From NCBI GenBank assembly GCA_964270895.1, contig OZ185436.1: a stretch of DNA of 64,000 nucleotides; one strand, 5' to 3'. Position numbers and translations under genes: made by a program. The stretch's first letter is position 1; every line of letters begins with the position of its first letter. Below the pieces are notes generated by a model that was given only the letters and a program-made list of their open reading frames with translations, made no database searches and was not told the DNA's origin. This DNA comes from Podarcis filfolensis (lineage: Eukaryota). This document shows positions 1 to 24,500 of this stretch, one piece after another.

Positions 1-454
1 TCTGTTAACTTCATCCCTAAATGTTGAGCCATTTTGTTATTCTCTCCAGACAAGATGTCTGCTGTTCCTCTCTCTTGTCTCTACCCATCCTATAAGCAGC
101 TTCTGCATGAGTAAAGCCTTTGAACCCCAGAAACTCTAAGTGATCTTTTTAATCCAATTTATCCAAGCTGCAAAGTTTACTAAAACCACCTCTTTGTGGC
201 AGCCAATTTGTTTTATGTCATGCCTCATGGCAGCCATTTTGTAATATGCTATGCCCCTGTGGCAACCAAGTTATGACTGGCACCCACAGCACTTTTTCAA
301 ATTTTCAAATGTGTCCACTGACCCAAAAGGTTTTGTACCCAAGCTACCTCACTGGGCTCTTTTGAGGATAAAATGTATATTAAGGTGATAAGTAACAATG
401 ATTACCAGTTAAGAATTGAAAATTGAGATGAGACCCAACTAAGTCCTACACTGA

Positions 455-740
455 GTTGTTTCAACGTCTTAGTCATGTTCGACTCTCCGTGACCCCATGA
501 ACCAGAGCATGCCTTGGAAACTCTCACTTTCTTCTCAAAGCTTCTCCTTTTTTATGTCCATGGAGTTATCTTGGCATAATACTGGAGTAGTTTGCCAGTT
601 CCTTCACCAGGTGGATCACGTGTAGTCTAAACTCTCAGCTATGACCTGTCCGTCTTGGGTGGCCCTGCATGGCATAGATCATAGCTTCTTGGAGTCATTC
701 GAGCCCCTTCGCCACAACAAGGCAGTGATCCATGAAGGGG
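455..740 (-). mobile_element. RTE-BovB-related short element (3' tail joined to 5'-like sequence)
   Basis: Reverse complement of the BovB-type 3' end (cgactctccgtgaccccatgaaccagagc) followed by ccatggagttatcttggc...atccatgaagggg. Confidence 0.55.
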
Positions 741-834
741 CCTACACTAAGTAGACCCGCTGAAATCAATGGATTTATGTTTTTTGTTGGTAAGTGGTTA
801 ACAGTGTAATCTTGTAATAGCTATGCAGAAGTAA

Positions 835-986
835 NNNNNNNNNNNNNNNNNNNNNNNNNNNNNNNNNNNNNNNNNNNNNNNNNNNNNNNNNNNNNNNNNN
901 NNNNNNNNNNNNNNNNNNNNNNNNNNNNNNNNNNNNNNNNNNNNNNNNNNNNNNNNNNNNNNNNNNNNNNNNNNNNNNNNNNNNNN
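835..986. other. Assembly gap (152 N)
   Basis: N run. Confidence 1.
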
Positions 987-1165
987 CCCGCCCATATATT
1001 AAAGATTAAAAACATCCCTAAACAGGGCTGCCTTCAGATGTCTTCTAAAAGTCTGGTAGTTGTTTTTCTCTTTGACATCTGGTGGGAGGGCGTTCCACAG
1101 GGCGGATGCCACTTACCGAGAAGGCCCTCTGCCTGGTTCCCTCTAACTTGGCTTCTCGCAGCGAG
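987..1165 (-). mobile_element. L2 LINE 3' fragment
   Basis: Reverse complement of the same 3' sequence type as the L2 at 31.6-33.0 kb (agggccttctcgg..gtggaacgccctccc..agaagacatctgaaggcagccctgttt); abuts a gap. Confidence 0.65.
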
Positions 1166-2324
1166 ACAACTTCCATATAGTTGCGCACACTACAATTCTG
1201 TATCAGTTTACTTGGGATTATCCTTCTGAAATCAATGGGACTTCTAAAGAGACTTGCATAACATTGCATTGTAAAGGACCCTGATTTTTTTACTGGAGCA
1301 TTTAAGAATGTCAGAGTTGGAAACAGAATTGAATGGAAGCTTCATTGAAGTTTCGTTTTTCCTTCCATTAAACTTCATTATACCAAGCACAGTTTACAGC
1401 TTTAATCTGTCTCTTCTCAAAGCCTAGTCTGCCTTCATGCATGCTTGCTCTTCAATTTTTGTATGATCAGCAGATATACATAATGCTGAATCTACGTTGT
1501 TCTCTGCATCTGATTAATACAATTAGTAGGCAGTAGAGACCCAAAACACTGACCCCAGTAGGATCCTTCTTAAAATAACTCCTTTATTGGAGGTCACACT
1601 ATTAATGATCACCGTCTGCTAAAGGTCTGCTACCATTCTTAGCAAAGGATTTTCTTCCATAATTAGGACTCAGATACTCAACTCAGATACAGGCATGTTA
1701 ATGACTGAGAAATTAGAACATCAGGAAACCTATCTCTGTGTTGTCAGCTAAAGCATATCACAAGGGAATAAAATATCTAGAACAAGATTCAAAATTGCTT
1801 GTTCCCTTCTCAGTTTAAAGTTTTCCCCATTGACACTCCGGCTGAACAAGCTATGCTTTGCCATTGTAGGTTAAGAGCCATATGTTCCGTAGTTCAGGTT
1901 TGAACATGATACACAGGAGCGTATTCATCAGGAGTGTAGACCGGTCATGTATACAAGACGTTGATTATGATTTCCCTAAATGCAGCTGCAAGGCTTTGGA
2001 CCAAGACCAAAAGGTGGGAACACATCTCACAAATGCACTTGGGATGTGATCTTAAAACCTCATAATCACGTTTATGTTTGCACCACTGAGAGTCCAAGCT
2101 TTGCATTTTTCAACATTTCAACTCAGGGAAAGATGGCAAACTTGTTTTTATACCGCTTGGTTATTTTAAGCTTTTTATCCCATCCACGATCTATTTGCAT
2201 TGGCTTTGAGACTGGAATACATTTCACAGGTTCTTAAACTTTAGCCACTGGCGCACTTTTGTGCACAATTTATCATCCTCGTCATTTCATTTTGTATGCT
2301 GCCTTTCCATAGTTAAAACTATGC

Positions 2325-2457
2325 TCCATAGTTCCGTTGGTTAGAGTGTGAGGCTAATAACACCAAGCTGTATGGGAACAGCTATATATTCTTTCATTGA
2401 ACTAGATGGTCCTCAGGGTCCCTTCCAACTCTACAATTCTATGATTCCATGATTCTG
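2325..2457 (+). mobile_element. tRNA-derived SINE fragment with CR1-type tail
   Basis: A-box-like ccatagttccgttggttagag head and the CR1 3' end cccttccaactctacaattctatgattc. Confidence 0.55.
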
Positions 2458-2772
2458 TAACAATTTAGAGTGCTGGTGCCCACATGGGTTGGGAACAGGG
2501 TATCTGAAGGTATGCCTGCCTCCACATCAGCCTGCTCATATGCTGAGGTAATAAACTGAGGTTTCCGCTGTTAGAAGTGAGTTAGGGTGGCAGCATAGAA
2601 AGGCCTTACTCCATGATGGAATACAGAATACTCTACCCAGGAAGGCTTACCTACTAGCAACTTTGCTATCTTTTTAGGAAATACCTTTTTTCTGAGGCTT
2701 TTGGTAGTTAAGATTGTGGTAATTTTACTCCTGCTAGTTTTTATTCACTCTTTTTATGTTTTTTAATTTTGT

Positions 2773-2901
2773 NNNNNNNNNNNNNNNNNNNNNNNNNNNN
2801 NNNNNNNNNNNNNNNNNNNNNNNNNNNNNNNNNNNNNNNNNNNNNNNNNNNNNNNNNNNNNNNNNNNNNNNNNNNNNNNNNNNNNNNNNNNNNNNNNNNN
2901 N
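2773..2901. other. Assembly gap (129 N)
   Basis: N run. Confidence 1.
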
Positions 2902-2921
2902 AAATAGGAAAATTAGAAATA

Positions 2922-3161
2922 CAGTGGTACCTCAGGTTAAGTACTTAATTCGTTCTGGAGGACCGTTCTTAACCTGAAACTGTTCTTAACCTGAAGCACC
3001 ACTTTAGCTAATGGGGCCTCCTGCTGCCGCCGCGCCGCCAGAGCACAATTTCTGTTCTCATTCTGAAGCAAAGTTCTTAACCTGAGGTACTATTCCTGGG
3101 TCAGCGGAGTCTGTAACCTGAAGCATATGTAACCTGAAGTGTATGTAACCTGTGGTACCAC
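2922..3161. mobile_element. Tc1/mariner (Tigger-like) MITE, copy 1 of a tandem pair
   Basis: TA|CAGTGGTACC...GGTACCAC; same family as the copies at 20302 and 26266. Confidence 0.85.
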
Positions 3162-3172
3162 AAAAATATCTA

Positions 3173-3398
3173 CAGTGGTACTTCAGGTTAAGTACTTAAT
3201 TCATTCCGGAGGTCCGTACTTAACCTGAAACTGTTCTTAACCTGAAGCACCATTTTAGCTAATGGGGCCTCCTGCTGCTGCCGTGCCGCCGGAGCACGAT
3301 TTCTGTTCTCATCCTGAAGCAAAGTTCTTAACCCAAGGTACTATTTCTGGGTTAGCGGAGTCTGTAACCTGAAGCGTATGTAATCTGAGGTACCACTG
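3173..3398. mobile_element. Tc1/mariner (Tigger-like) MITE, copy 2 of a tandem pair
   Basis: TA|CAGTGGTAC...GGTACCACTG|TA. Confidence 0.85.
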
Positions 3399-3588
3399 TA
3401 ATAAGAGATGCCTCCAAAAGCTATGTGGTTCTCATCCTACCACATGCAAGATTTTGGAAAGCTTTACCACCCAAGTGGTATTCCATTTAACTGAACCTCA
3501 TCCTCATTCGCAGGTTGCTTTTCGTATTACCATTACGAATACCCTTTTCACACCATGTATATGCAGGCAAACACATATTCTGGAAAGG

Positions 3589-3748
3589 CATGGGCGTAGC
3601 CACGGGGAGGAGGGGGCAGCTGTCCCTTATCAATAAATGAAAATAACTAACTGAACAATTGTGTCACAGATAACTCAGTTCTGCCTCCCTCCCCCCCAAC
3701 ATAAAGCCTGCCCTCCCTCACAAAAAATAAATCCTGGCTACACCTATG
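3589..3748. mobile_element. hAT-type MITE
   Basis: TIR CATGGGCGTAGCCA / TGGCTACACCTATG, degenerate 8-bp TSD tggaaagg / tggcaagc. Confidence 0.6.
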
Positions 3749-4844
3749 TGGCAAGCTCATATAATTTAGAAAACAAGCACATTGTGTGATATAAACAGCT
3801 TTTCAATGTTGAATTGAACTACGAGCAATAAACTACAGTACTGGTTAATCAAAGCTTATGTGCCTGACCAGTGACTAAAACTGTGCTTTTTAGTTGCATA
3901 AGAAGCACTTTAGACAACTTTCTTCCCTTGACTAGAGGATGCTAATAAACGCCTTAGGCTAAATGGGCTGGGTAATTTGATGGAATGCGATCCTCTTCCT
4001 CTGAAGTCTCATCATGCCGAAATCTCTCTGAGGTATGGCAATGCAAAATGACACGAGGAAGGTTGGCACTTCACATTTTCCCTTTTTTAAAAATGTAAGT
4101 AGGAATACAATTTGGGGCAGAGATGTGCTTGTTAAATATAAACTAATCACATTCAGAGGAAAGATATTGCATGCTTAAGCATCTCTCAGATGGAATCAGC
4201 AGCCCTGACGATGAAAAAGTGAAATATACATGCCTCATCCAGATAGAACCTACCCATGTGGCAAGAACATTATAAAAAATATTGACCACTATTGAAGATA
4301 AGCTCAATGTATGTCAATATCAAAGAAAAATAGCTGAACCTTCTGAAAATGACTTTGAAAAACTGGATGATCAAAGAAAATTATGGATATTGATTGACAA
4401 GCAATTCCTTGCCGGAGCTGTACTCATTAGGGAGTTTTTGCCACACGTGCACAGAAAATACGAACAAATTGCCTTTGCTTTCTGGCAAAATTGCTTTAAA
4501 TAAAACCTAGCCTAGTTTGTGGGTGATTATTAGAATAAGAATGCAGGAAGGAAGGGATCTGTGAAAATCCATGGGTGGTACTTTCCACCACGATTAGCCG
4601 TGGGCAGGAAAGGAGAAATTGCTTTTTGGGGAGAGAAAGGATTTGGGCTCTAAGGATGCAGCCAATTATTCCCATCTTCACTTTACAGCTTGGAAGGCTC
4701 TTTGACACCAAAGTGATATTTTGGTGCAGGTGATGGAAGGCTTTGGATTCTTATGGATATGCATCAGAGGACACAAATCCTCAAACACCAAACTCCTCAA
4801 TCCTGCCCAATCCTTTTTGTATGAAAAGGGGCAGGTCCTCAAAG

Positions 4845-4975
4845 CAGCAGTGGTTAATCTACAGGCCTCCAGAAGTTGTTGGCCTCCAACTCCCATCAGC
4901 CCTAGCCAGCATGGCCAATGGTTAGGGAAGATGGGAACTGGGAGTTCAACATCTAGAAGGCAGCAGGCTAGCCTC
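4845..4975. mobile_element. Degenerate palindromic MITE (family of the copy at 34309)
   Basis: ctccagaagttgttggcctccaactcccatcagccc...gatgggaactgggagttcaacatctagaagg. Confidence 0.6.
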
Positions 4976-6446
4976 CCTCCCGCACCCCACTGTATAGGAT
5001 CCTTTTGCAGGAAAACAGGTGAGAGAATGCAGAGTCCTAGCGGCTGGTTGTATTGGTGGAGTGCAAAATCAGCACTAGACAGCACAATTCTCCTCTCACT
5101 GTAGTCTTGAAGGTTTTTGAAAAGTATCCATGATCTAGTAAACATTTGAACTAGGTTGCTTCAGTGTATTGGAACAGAGGGGAGGAGTGGACCTTAAAAG
5201 CTATTTAGAAACGTAGGTTCGTTCAAAACACAACAGCCAGGTTGCTAACCACCACTGGCTATTTTGAACAGAGCTTGCCAGTATTAAAATTTTTTGACAA
5301 ATTCTAAGTTTGTTTCCACATTCAAGATGTTGGTATTAACTTTTAAAGCCCTACACATCCATATAATCACCTAGCCCATATAAGCCCACCAGTTTGTCAA
5401 AATCTACATCAGAAGCCCTATTTCAGAGACGGAACCTTTTCAGTGATGGTACCTCAGTTGTAGATTGTTCTCCAGAGAGACACTTGGCCAGCAATGATTT
5501 TGCTTTCTGGCACTGTGTAAAGAGGTCTCTACCTTTCCATGGATATAAATTTTACTTCTACCATTTGTTTTATTGCTTGTGTTTTGCCATTTTTAAATTA
5601 TTGCATTATCTTGTCAGCTTCCTTGGAAGCCATCAGCTGAAATCAGCCTGCCAACGATTAGCAAATCAAAAAACTACCAAAGATTCTATTTTTTCTGCCT
5701 CATGTTTAGGCAGCAGCAAAACTCCTACAGACACCCCACTTTAATAATAAAGGAGAGCTATTTACAAAAGGGAGAGACTTTTTCAGTGGTCTAGCAGGCA
5801 CTTGGCAAGGAGCAAAGGAATAACTTCTTTCCCCTCAGACTTTGAGAAGCTGGGTTGTTTACGAAAAATGAAGGCAACATGGAGCAATCTACAACTTTGT
5901 TGGAAACCAGTATTTAGCTTATGGTAGCTGGAAGGAAGGAGGTGGGGAGAAGAGTGTGGTTCTAGCACTGGATATAAAGGCTTTCTGTGGAGAATTCTAG
6001 CTAAAGGCCCAGAAGGTTCCATGGGAACACAGTGACACTATCTTTGCTTACTCTCCCTGAAGCCCCTTCCACATGTTGCCTTTGGTGGACCTTGACATCT
6101 CAAATTTCAGGGGCGCCTGGTGAAACGCCAAAATCCAGTGGCCTCCCCCCTCTGAGCCGTCAATTGGAGTAATAGTGGTGGCGCCTGCTCCGGTGCCCCA
6201 GAAGCTCTGTACCTGGTGCGACTCCCCTAGAACTGTTTCTGTTTGAGGAAGCTTTAAATCCTCAAAAATCAAGTTACCCGAGTCAACTTTTGAGGATTTC
6301 AAGCTTGCTCTAGACTAATAAAGGTCACTCAATAATATATAGGTCACACAAATTTCAGTTCCTGCAGTTATACGTTTTCTTTTAAGCCAGCTGGTTACAA
6401 TTAAACAAAAAGCTAAAAGTAGGTTAGATAACCTCACCATCTAAAA

Positions 6447-6786
6447 CAGGAGTGGGAAAACTTTTTCAGACTGAAACCCACATTCCCGTCAGCGTGGTTG
6501 GAGCCCATGGCAGTGGTGGGTGACGCCAGAGGCAAAGTAGGAAGAGCAACAATTGTAACCTTTGTGTATTAGGTTAGTTTTACACCCGCCCTGCTCTATC
6601 CTCAATCCAGATAAGCAAGAGTTCCAGGATAGATTCCAGCCAGGCAAACACTCAAAAGTAGGGCTGGTAGGAAGTGGGACCTAGACAGACAGGTGCGGCT
6701 GAGGAAGTGTAGCCTAGGGAGAGTCACAGGGGCCCGATAGGCAGGCTTGGTGGGTTGCATTCGGTCCCTAAGCCTCCTCACCCCTG
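6447..6786. mobile_element. hAT-type non-autonomous element
   Basis: Ends CAGGAGTGGG / CACCCCTG, degenerate 8-bp TSD atctaaaa / acctgaaa. Confidence 0.5.
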
Positions 6787-8063
6787 ACCTGAAACAAAAT
6801 GCATCATTATCCTACTTTGGAGTTGGAAGAGAAGGCTACTCTGTAATACGCAGCTAAGAGCACAAAATGCATACAGAGTAAGTTGCTTCCCATCAAAAAT
6901 AAAGAACTGTATAATCACTGACAATTTCCTTTTGTAATCTAGGTGCACATGCTCTATTACTGCTAAGCATGTCATTTCCTCAGAGATTAACTGGCTTCTG
7001 CACATATCAGGGACTTCTTAGTGCAACTGAGTGCCAAGAGGCAACTAAGAAGGGCTGCAAGTTTTCCATATTTCTTTATGTACCCCCAGAAAATGAACAG
7101 TAGCATCATCTGCAGTTACATTGTACTAAACTGAAATTTCTCCTCATTACTTGTTTACTGTGCAGCTGCTCGGAAACATCCCCCTCCCCTTCTGCGATGC
7201 ATGAGAAGATATCAAAAGCAATCATCAAACCAAATGCATATTCCCTGCCAATTCTTGTCAGTGAACAAAACTGACTGCCCATTCCATATTCTTTAATGAA
7301 TTATTATGCAAAAGAAAAGAATGAAGAAAAGGCAGTTGCACTCACAGAGCTTTGCCTGCTAGTTGAACACAAACAGTTGGCGTTTTTGTGTTTTTTATTC
7401 CCTGCATTTCCTGATGGAATTCAAATCGTGTGTACATACAGTTCCTAGGCAAGTCTCTCATCCAGGTGCTGACAATAACCAAAGCTCCTTGACTACAGCA
7501 TGGCAGCTGAATCATGTGCCTTCAGAATATATTGTAATTTGAGACTTTCACCCCTCACAAATTTGTAACTAGCGTTAAGCATATGCCCCATGTTCAGGTG
7601 GGACACTTTAATGAAGTAGATCTATAATGCTTTAAGTGTTTCAACTACAGGGCGGAAATCTAAAATAGCTACAAACCCAAAACACCATTAATTGAACTAG
7701 GGCAGAATCCATTTACTATCATTCCAGGAGCTAAAAGCACTTCTGTCAATGCAAGCCCCCTTTAGATTGGATATCCCATTAAATCTTTTTTGCATTCTCA
7801 GCATGTGCTAAAGCATACTTGCAGACTAAAAGATCAAGAAAGGCAATACTCCCAGTGAAAGTGCTACTGGGAAAGATCCAAACTGAAAAATCAGATTGTA
7901 GCTTCCTCATTTGAGACCATTCCCTACCACTTTTCTCAAGTATCATCTAGATCTGAGGCACTGTACTTGCCTAGTGCTTGGTATGCTTTCCTAGTCACCG
8001 TACACATTTTTGTGTCTATAGGAGACACCTGAGCCTAATTAGAAACTGATTTTTAAAATGTAC

Positions 8064-8069
8064 TTTATT
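8064..8069 (-). terminator. MRPL22 polyadenylation signal AATAAA
   Basis: tttatt on the plus strand about 45 nt past the stop codon. Confidence 0.7.
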
Positions 8070-8111
8070 TACATGGTTATCACAAAAAAGGGAACAGCGC
8101 AGTGGGGAATA

Positions 8112-21123
<13,012 letters not shown>

Positions 21124-21343
21124 CTTCGCAGCCACAACCCGTCTGTCTATTTTACGACAGCAGAGAAGGGCGCTTCTCCCCTCCCTCCCCTCCGGAATGT
21201 CCTCAAACAGCCGCCGTAGCTCGGCGCGAAATGCTTTGCGGCACACGCGGGGAAGCAGCTGCAGCTGGGCGGCGCTTTGCGGCGGCCGCTGTGAGCAGCG
21301 AAAAAGAAAACGTGAGGGGGAAGCCGCCTGCGAAGGAGACAGG

Positions 21344-21512
21344 ATGGCGGCGGCGTGGCGCCCCGGGGCAGCCGAGCGGGTGCTGACGGCCTCGCCCAAC
21401 TGGTACTGCAGCCGCTGCAGCGACACCTCCCAGGACGGGCGCCTCTTCGGCTTCGCGGCTCGCAACAGCGTGTGCCTCCTGGAGATCCGCCCCTCCGCGC
21501 CCTCCTTCCACG
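21344..21512 (+). CDS. GEMIN5: GEMIN5 exon 1
   Basis: [27 protein letters not shown]..., donor G|gtacgg. Confidence 0.92.
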
Positions 21513-24500
21513 GTACGGAGCCGGCACCTCCGCTGCCTGCATCCTGCGCGGGGCTCCCTTCAAACTTCGGGCGTTTCCTTCCGTGCCCGAGTTCTCAGGG
21601 CGGGCTTTCGATTCTGGGGGAGCGGCTGAAGTAGAGCCTCCTTGTCCAGAGGCAGTATACTAGATACTTGGGATCCCTCGCCAGCGGGTGTCTCTCTACA
21701 GTGCAGCAGCCCTAAGCACACTTAGGACCGCATGCGCCTTCCTTTGCAAGTGTGGAAGGTCTCTGGTTCAGCCCCTGGGGGAAAGATCCTGCCTGAAACT
21801 CTAAAGCGTGGTTCCCAGCTGGGGGAAGGGGGCAATTTGATTTTTAAAGGGAGGGGGGCAATTCGAGAATGAGATTAACGGTGAATGGAATATAGAATTA
21901 GTCAAACCGATGTGGGGAAGGGTAAGACGCACTGTATGAGAAGACTCATTGAATAGCTACTAGAGCAAGGGTTTTTAAGTTGCGGTCCATGAACTCTCTA
22001 GGAGTCCGAAACCAAAAGATTAAGAATAACCGTACTAGAGCAATTGCATAATTGTGCCTCCCTTAGCAGGAGATAGGTTGTAACTTTTCACAAATAATTT
22101 TTAAATAAAAATTAAGAGAGAAGAGAGAGTGCAGCTTTAAACATAATTTGGAAGTTATGCTAAAAGTGTGTAGACGATAGGCCTGTGTTAATAATAAGCT
22201 TTGTTTCCCCCCCAAAATGCTTGAAACCAAACGTTGCTTTATTTTACAGCCATAATGTTTTCTCATCACAGGGGAGCTAGTCGGCCACACCGAAAGAGTT
22301 TCGGGTTTCTCGTTTTGTTCCTATCCTGGTCAGAACAGCTTCTGCGCCAGCAGCTCTGATGATGGAACTGTGAAAATCTGGGATACGCAGACATTGACTG
22401 TCATGACTGAACATACGTTGCATCAGGTAAAGCAGTTGACTGCAGTGCCACTGTCATTTGACAAATGGAGAATCAGGCGACATTCTCCAGGGAAACTGCT
22501 GCTGATGTCTACTCTACAGAACAGTGTATATACAATATACAATAGCTTTCCCAAAAGCATCCATGTTAATCTTCTTTCTCAATTCTCTCCCCCGTCCCCA
22601 AGAATACAATTTCTGCAGTGCACTGGTCGCCGAAAATGAAAGACTTGGTTGTGTCTGGTGATGAGAAGGGAATAGTAATTTGCTACTGGCATAATCGAAA
22701 TGACAGCCAGCAGTTCTTCCCAGAGCCCAGAACTATATTCTGTCTCACCTGTTCTCTGCACCATGAGAATTTGGTGGCCATTGGGTAAGTATACTAAGGC
22801 TGCATACATGATTTACTATAGTCAAAAATCTCATTATTTTATCCAGGAGCAACTCATAGGCACTTACTTCTTAGTAGACATACAGAATTCTGCTGTTAGA
22901 TTATTTATTTGGCCCTGCAGAAAGAGGAATACAGAATAAATGAAATTCTCACTGACTTGAGTGATTACATGTTTCACTCAGTTTTCACCAGGGGAACGTA
23001 GATGAAACTACGGTAGTTTGATCATCAGTGCCTGAACTTAAGGACTCAACTCTGTTCTTGGCATTCCCTAATTCATGAATAGTCTGTGGTTGCTTTTTTT
23101 GCAATGACTTTTGCTTTTTGAAGATGCCTATAACACATGTGTTTGTAGCTTCGAGAACACTGTCCAACTTTCTCGAAGCTACAAACATGAGTCTGACCAA
23201 ACTGCGGGAGGCGGTGGAAGACAGGAGTGCCTGGCGTGCTCTGGTCCATGGAGTCACGAAGAGTCGGACACGACTAAACGACTAAACAACAACAACAACA
23301 AATGACACGTGGGGGGGGGCATTGGTAGAGAAAGAAAAAACGATTTGAGAGAAAATAATTTTCACATGTCACATTCTAGATATGCTTATATATTTTGCAC
23401 CTGCTTTTGGATTCTGTAAACTACAGTGACACTTTTCAGAGTTAATACATCCTGCCAGTTTACTAAGTGGTAACTACAGGGTGGTACAGTTCTCACCTCA
23501 TTTTCCTCAATATAGATGAAAAGCAAAAACATGGCAGAAAACTATACCGCTTTGCAAGTGGTCATCTGTATTATGCCAGGGTTTGTTCAGATTTTGTGTC
23601 ACATAACACTTCTAGAGTGTTCACTCCCTCATAAGGCAAGCATCCTCTTCTGGGCCAGGATAGTAAGCATTGCTCCAAATAACTCAAAGTAATTTTCTTG
23701 TAAACCACTTGGAGTTTTTACTGGAGGCAAGCAGTATATAAATTTTGTTAAATTAATGGTTTAATTTAGCATTCTGACAGACCAGGGAAACTTAAGGTAG
23801 CAACCCCATTCACACTTCACTTTGTAGCAAATCCAGTTAGTCACAGTGGGACTTAAGTTGCAAGTACTGTAAACATTCATGAATTGGGCAGCAGTGTGTG
23901 TTTGTTGTTCTTCATGAACTGTTCATGAGCTGTTCTTCATGTTCTATAAATTTTTATATTTGCATCCTCCCTTATTGGGAACCAATGTTTCTAAAGTCTT
24001 TGCACCAGTCTGTGGGAGGAGGTTTGGATTGGGTGGTGATGCCCCTTTGCCAGGCTAAAGAGGTCACCACCAACAGAGTGTCTGTATCCTCTGAGTGGAC
24101 TTTGAAGGGTAATGGCTGATCAGCTGATCTTTGGGTACATCAAGCCCCTTTGAAGGCACTTGCTGGTTACAGTGATCTCCTTTGAATGTTGACAACTGTC
24201 AGTTGCCTGGCATCATTATTATGTTGGGTGGTTGGCAGTATTTTGTCCATGAACAGCGGGGAAATCAAGTATATATTCCACTGGCTGTATCCAGTTCCCC
24301 ACCCCTGTTCTAGACATATGTTGCTCTTTCTTTCCTTGTATAATGGGAGAGGAGGAATGTGTGTATGGAGGAGGGACAGTAGACTGCACAAAATATTTAT
24401 GGGTTGCATCTTGTGCTGACCTAACTCGGTAAAGCATTATTGATAGCTTGAGAATTCAGGCATCCCTCCCCTAATGTATGCCCTTTCTTTTAAGCTATAA

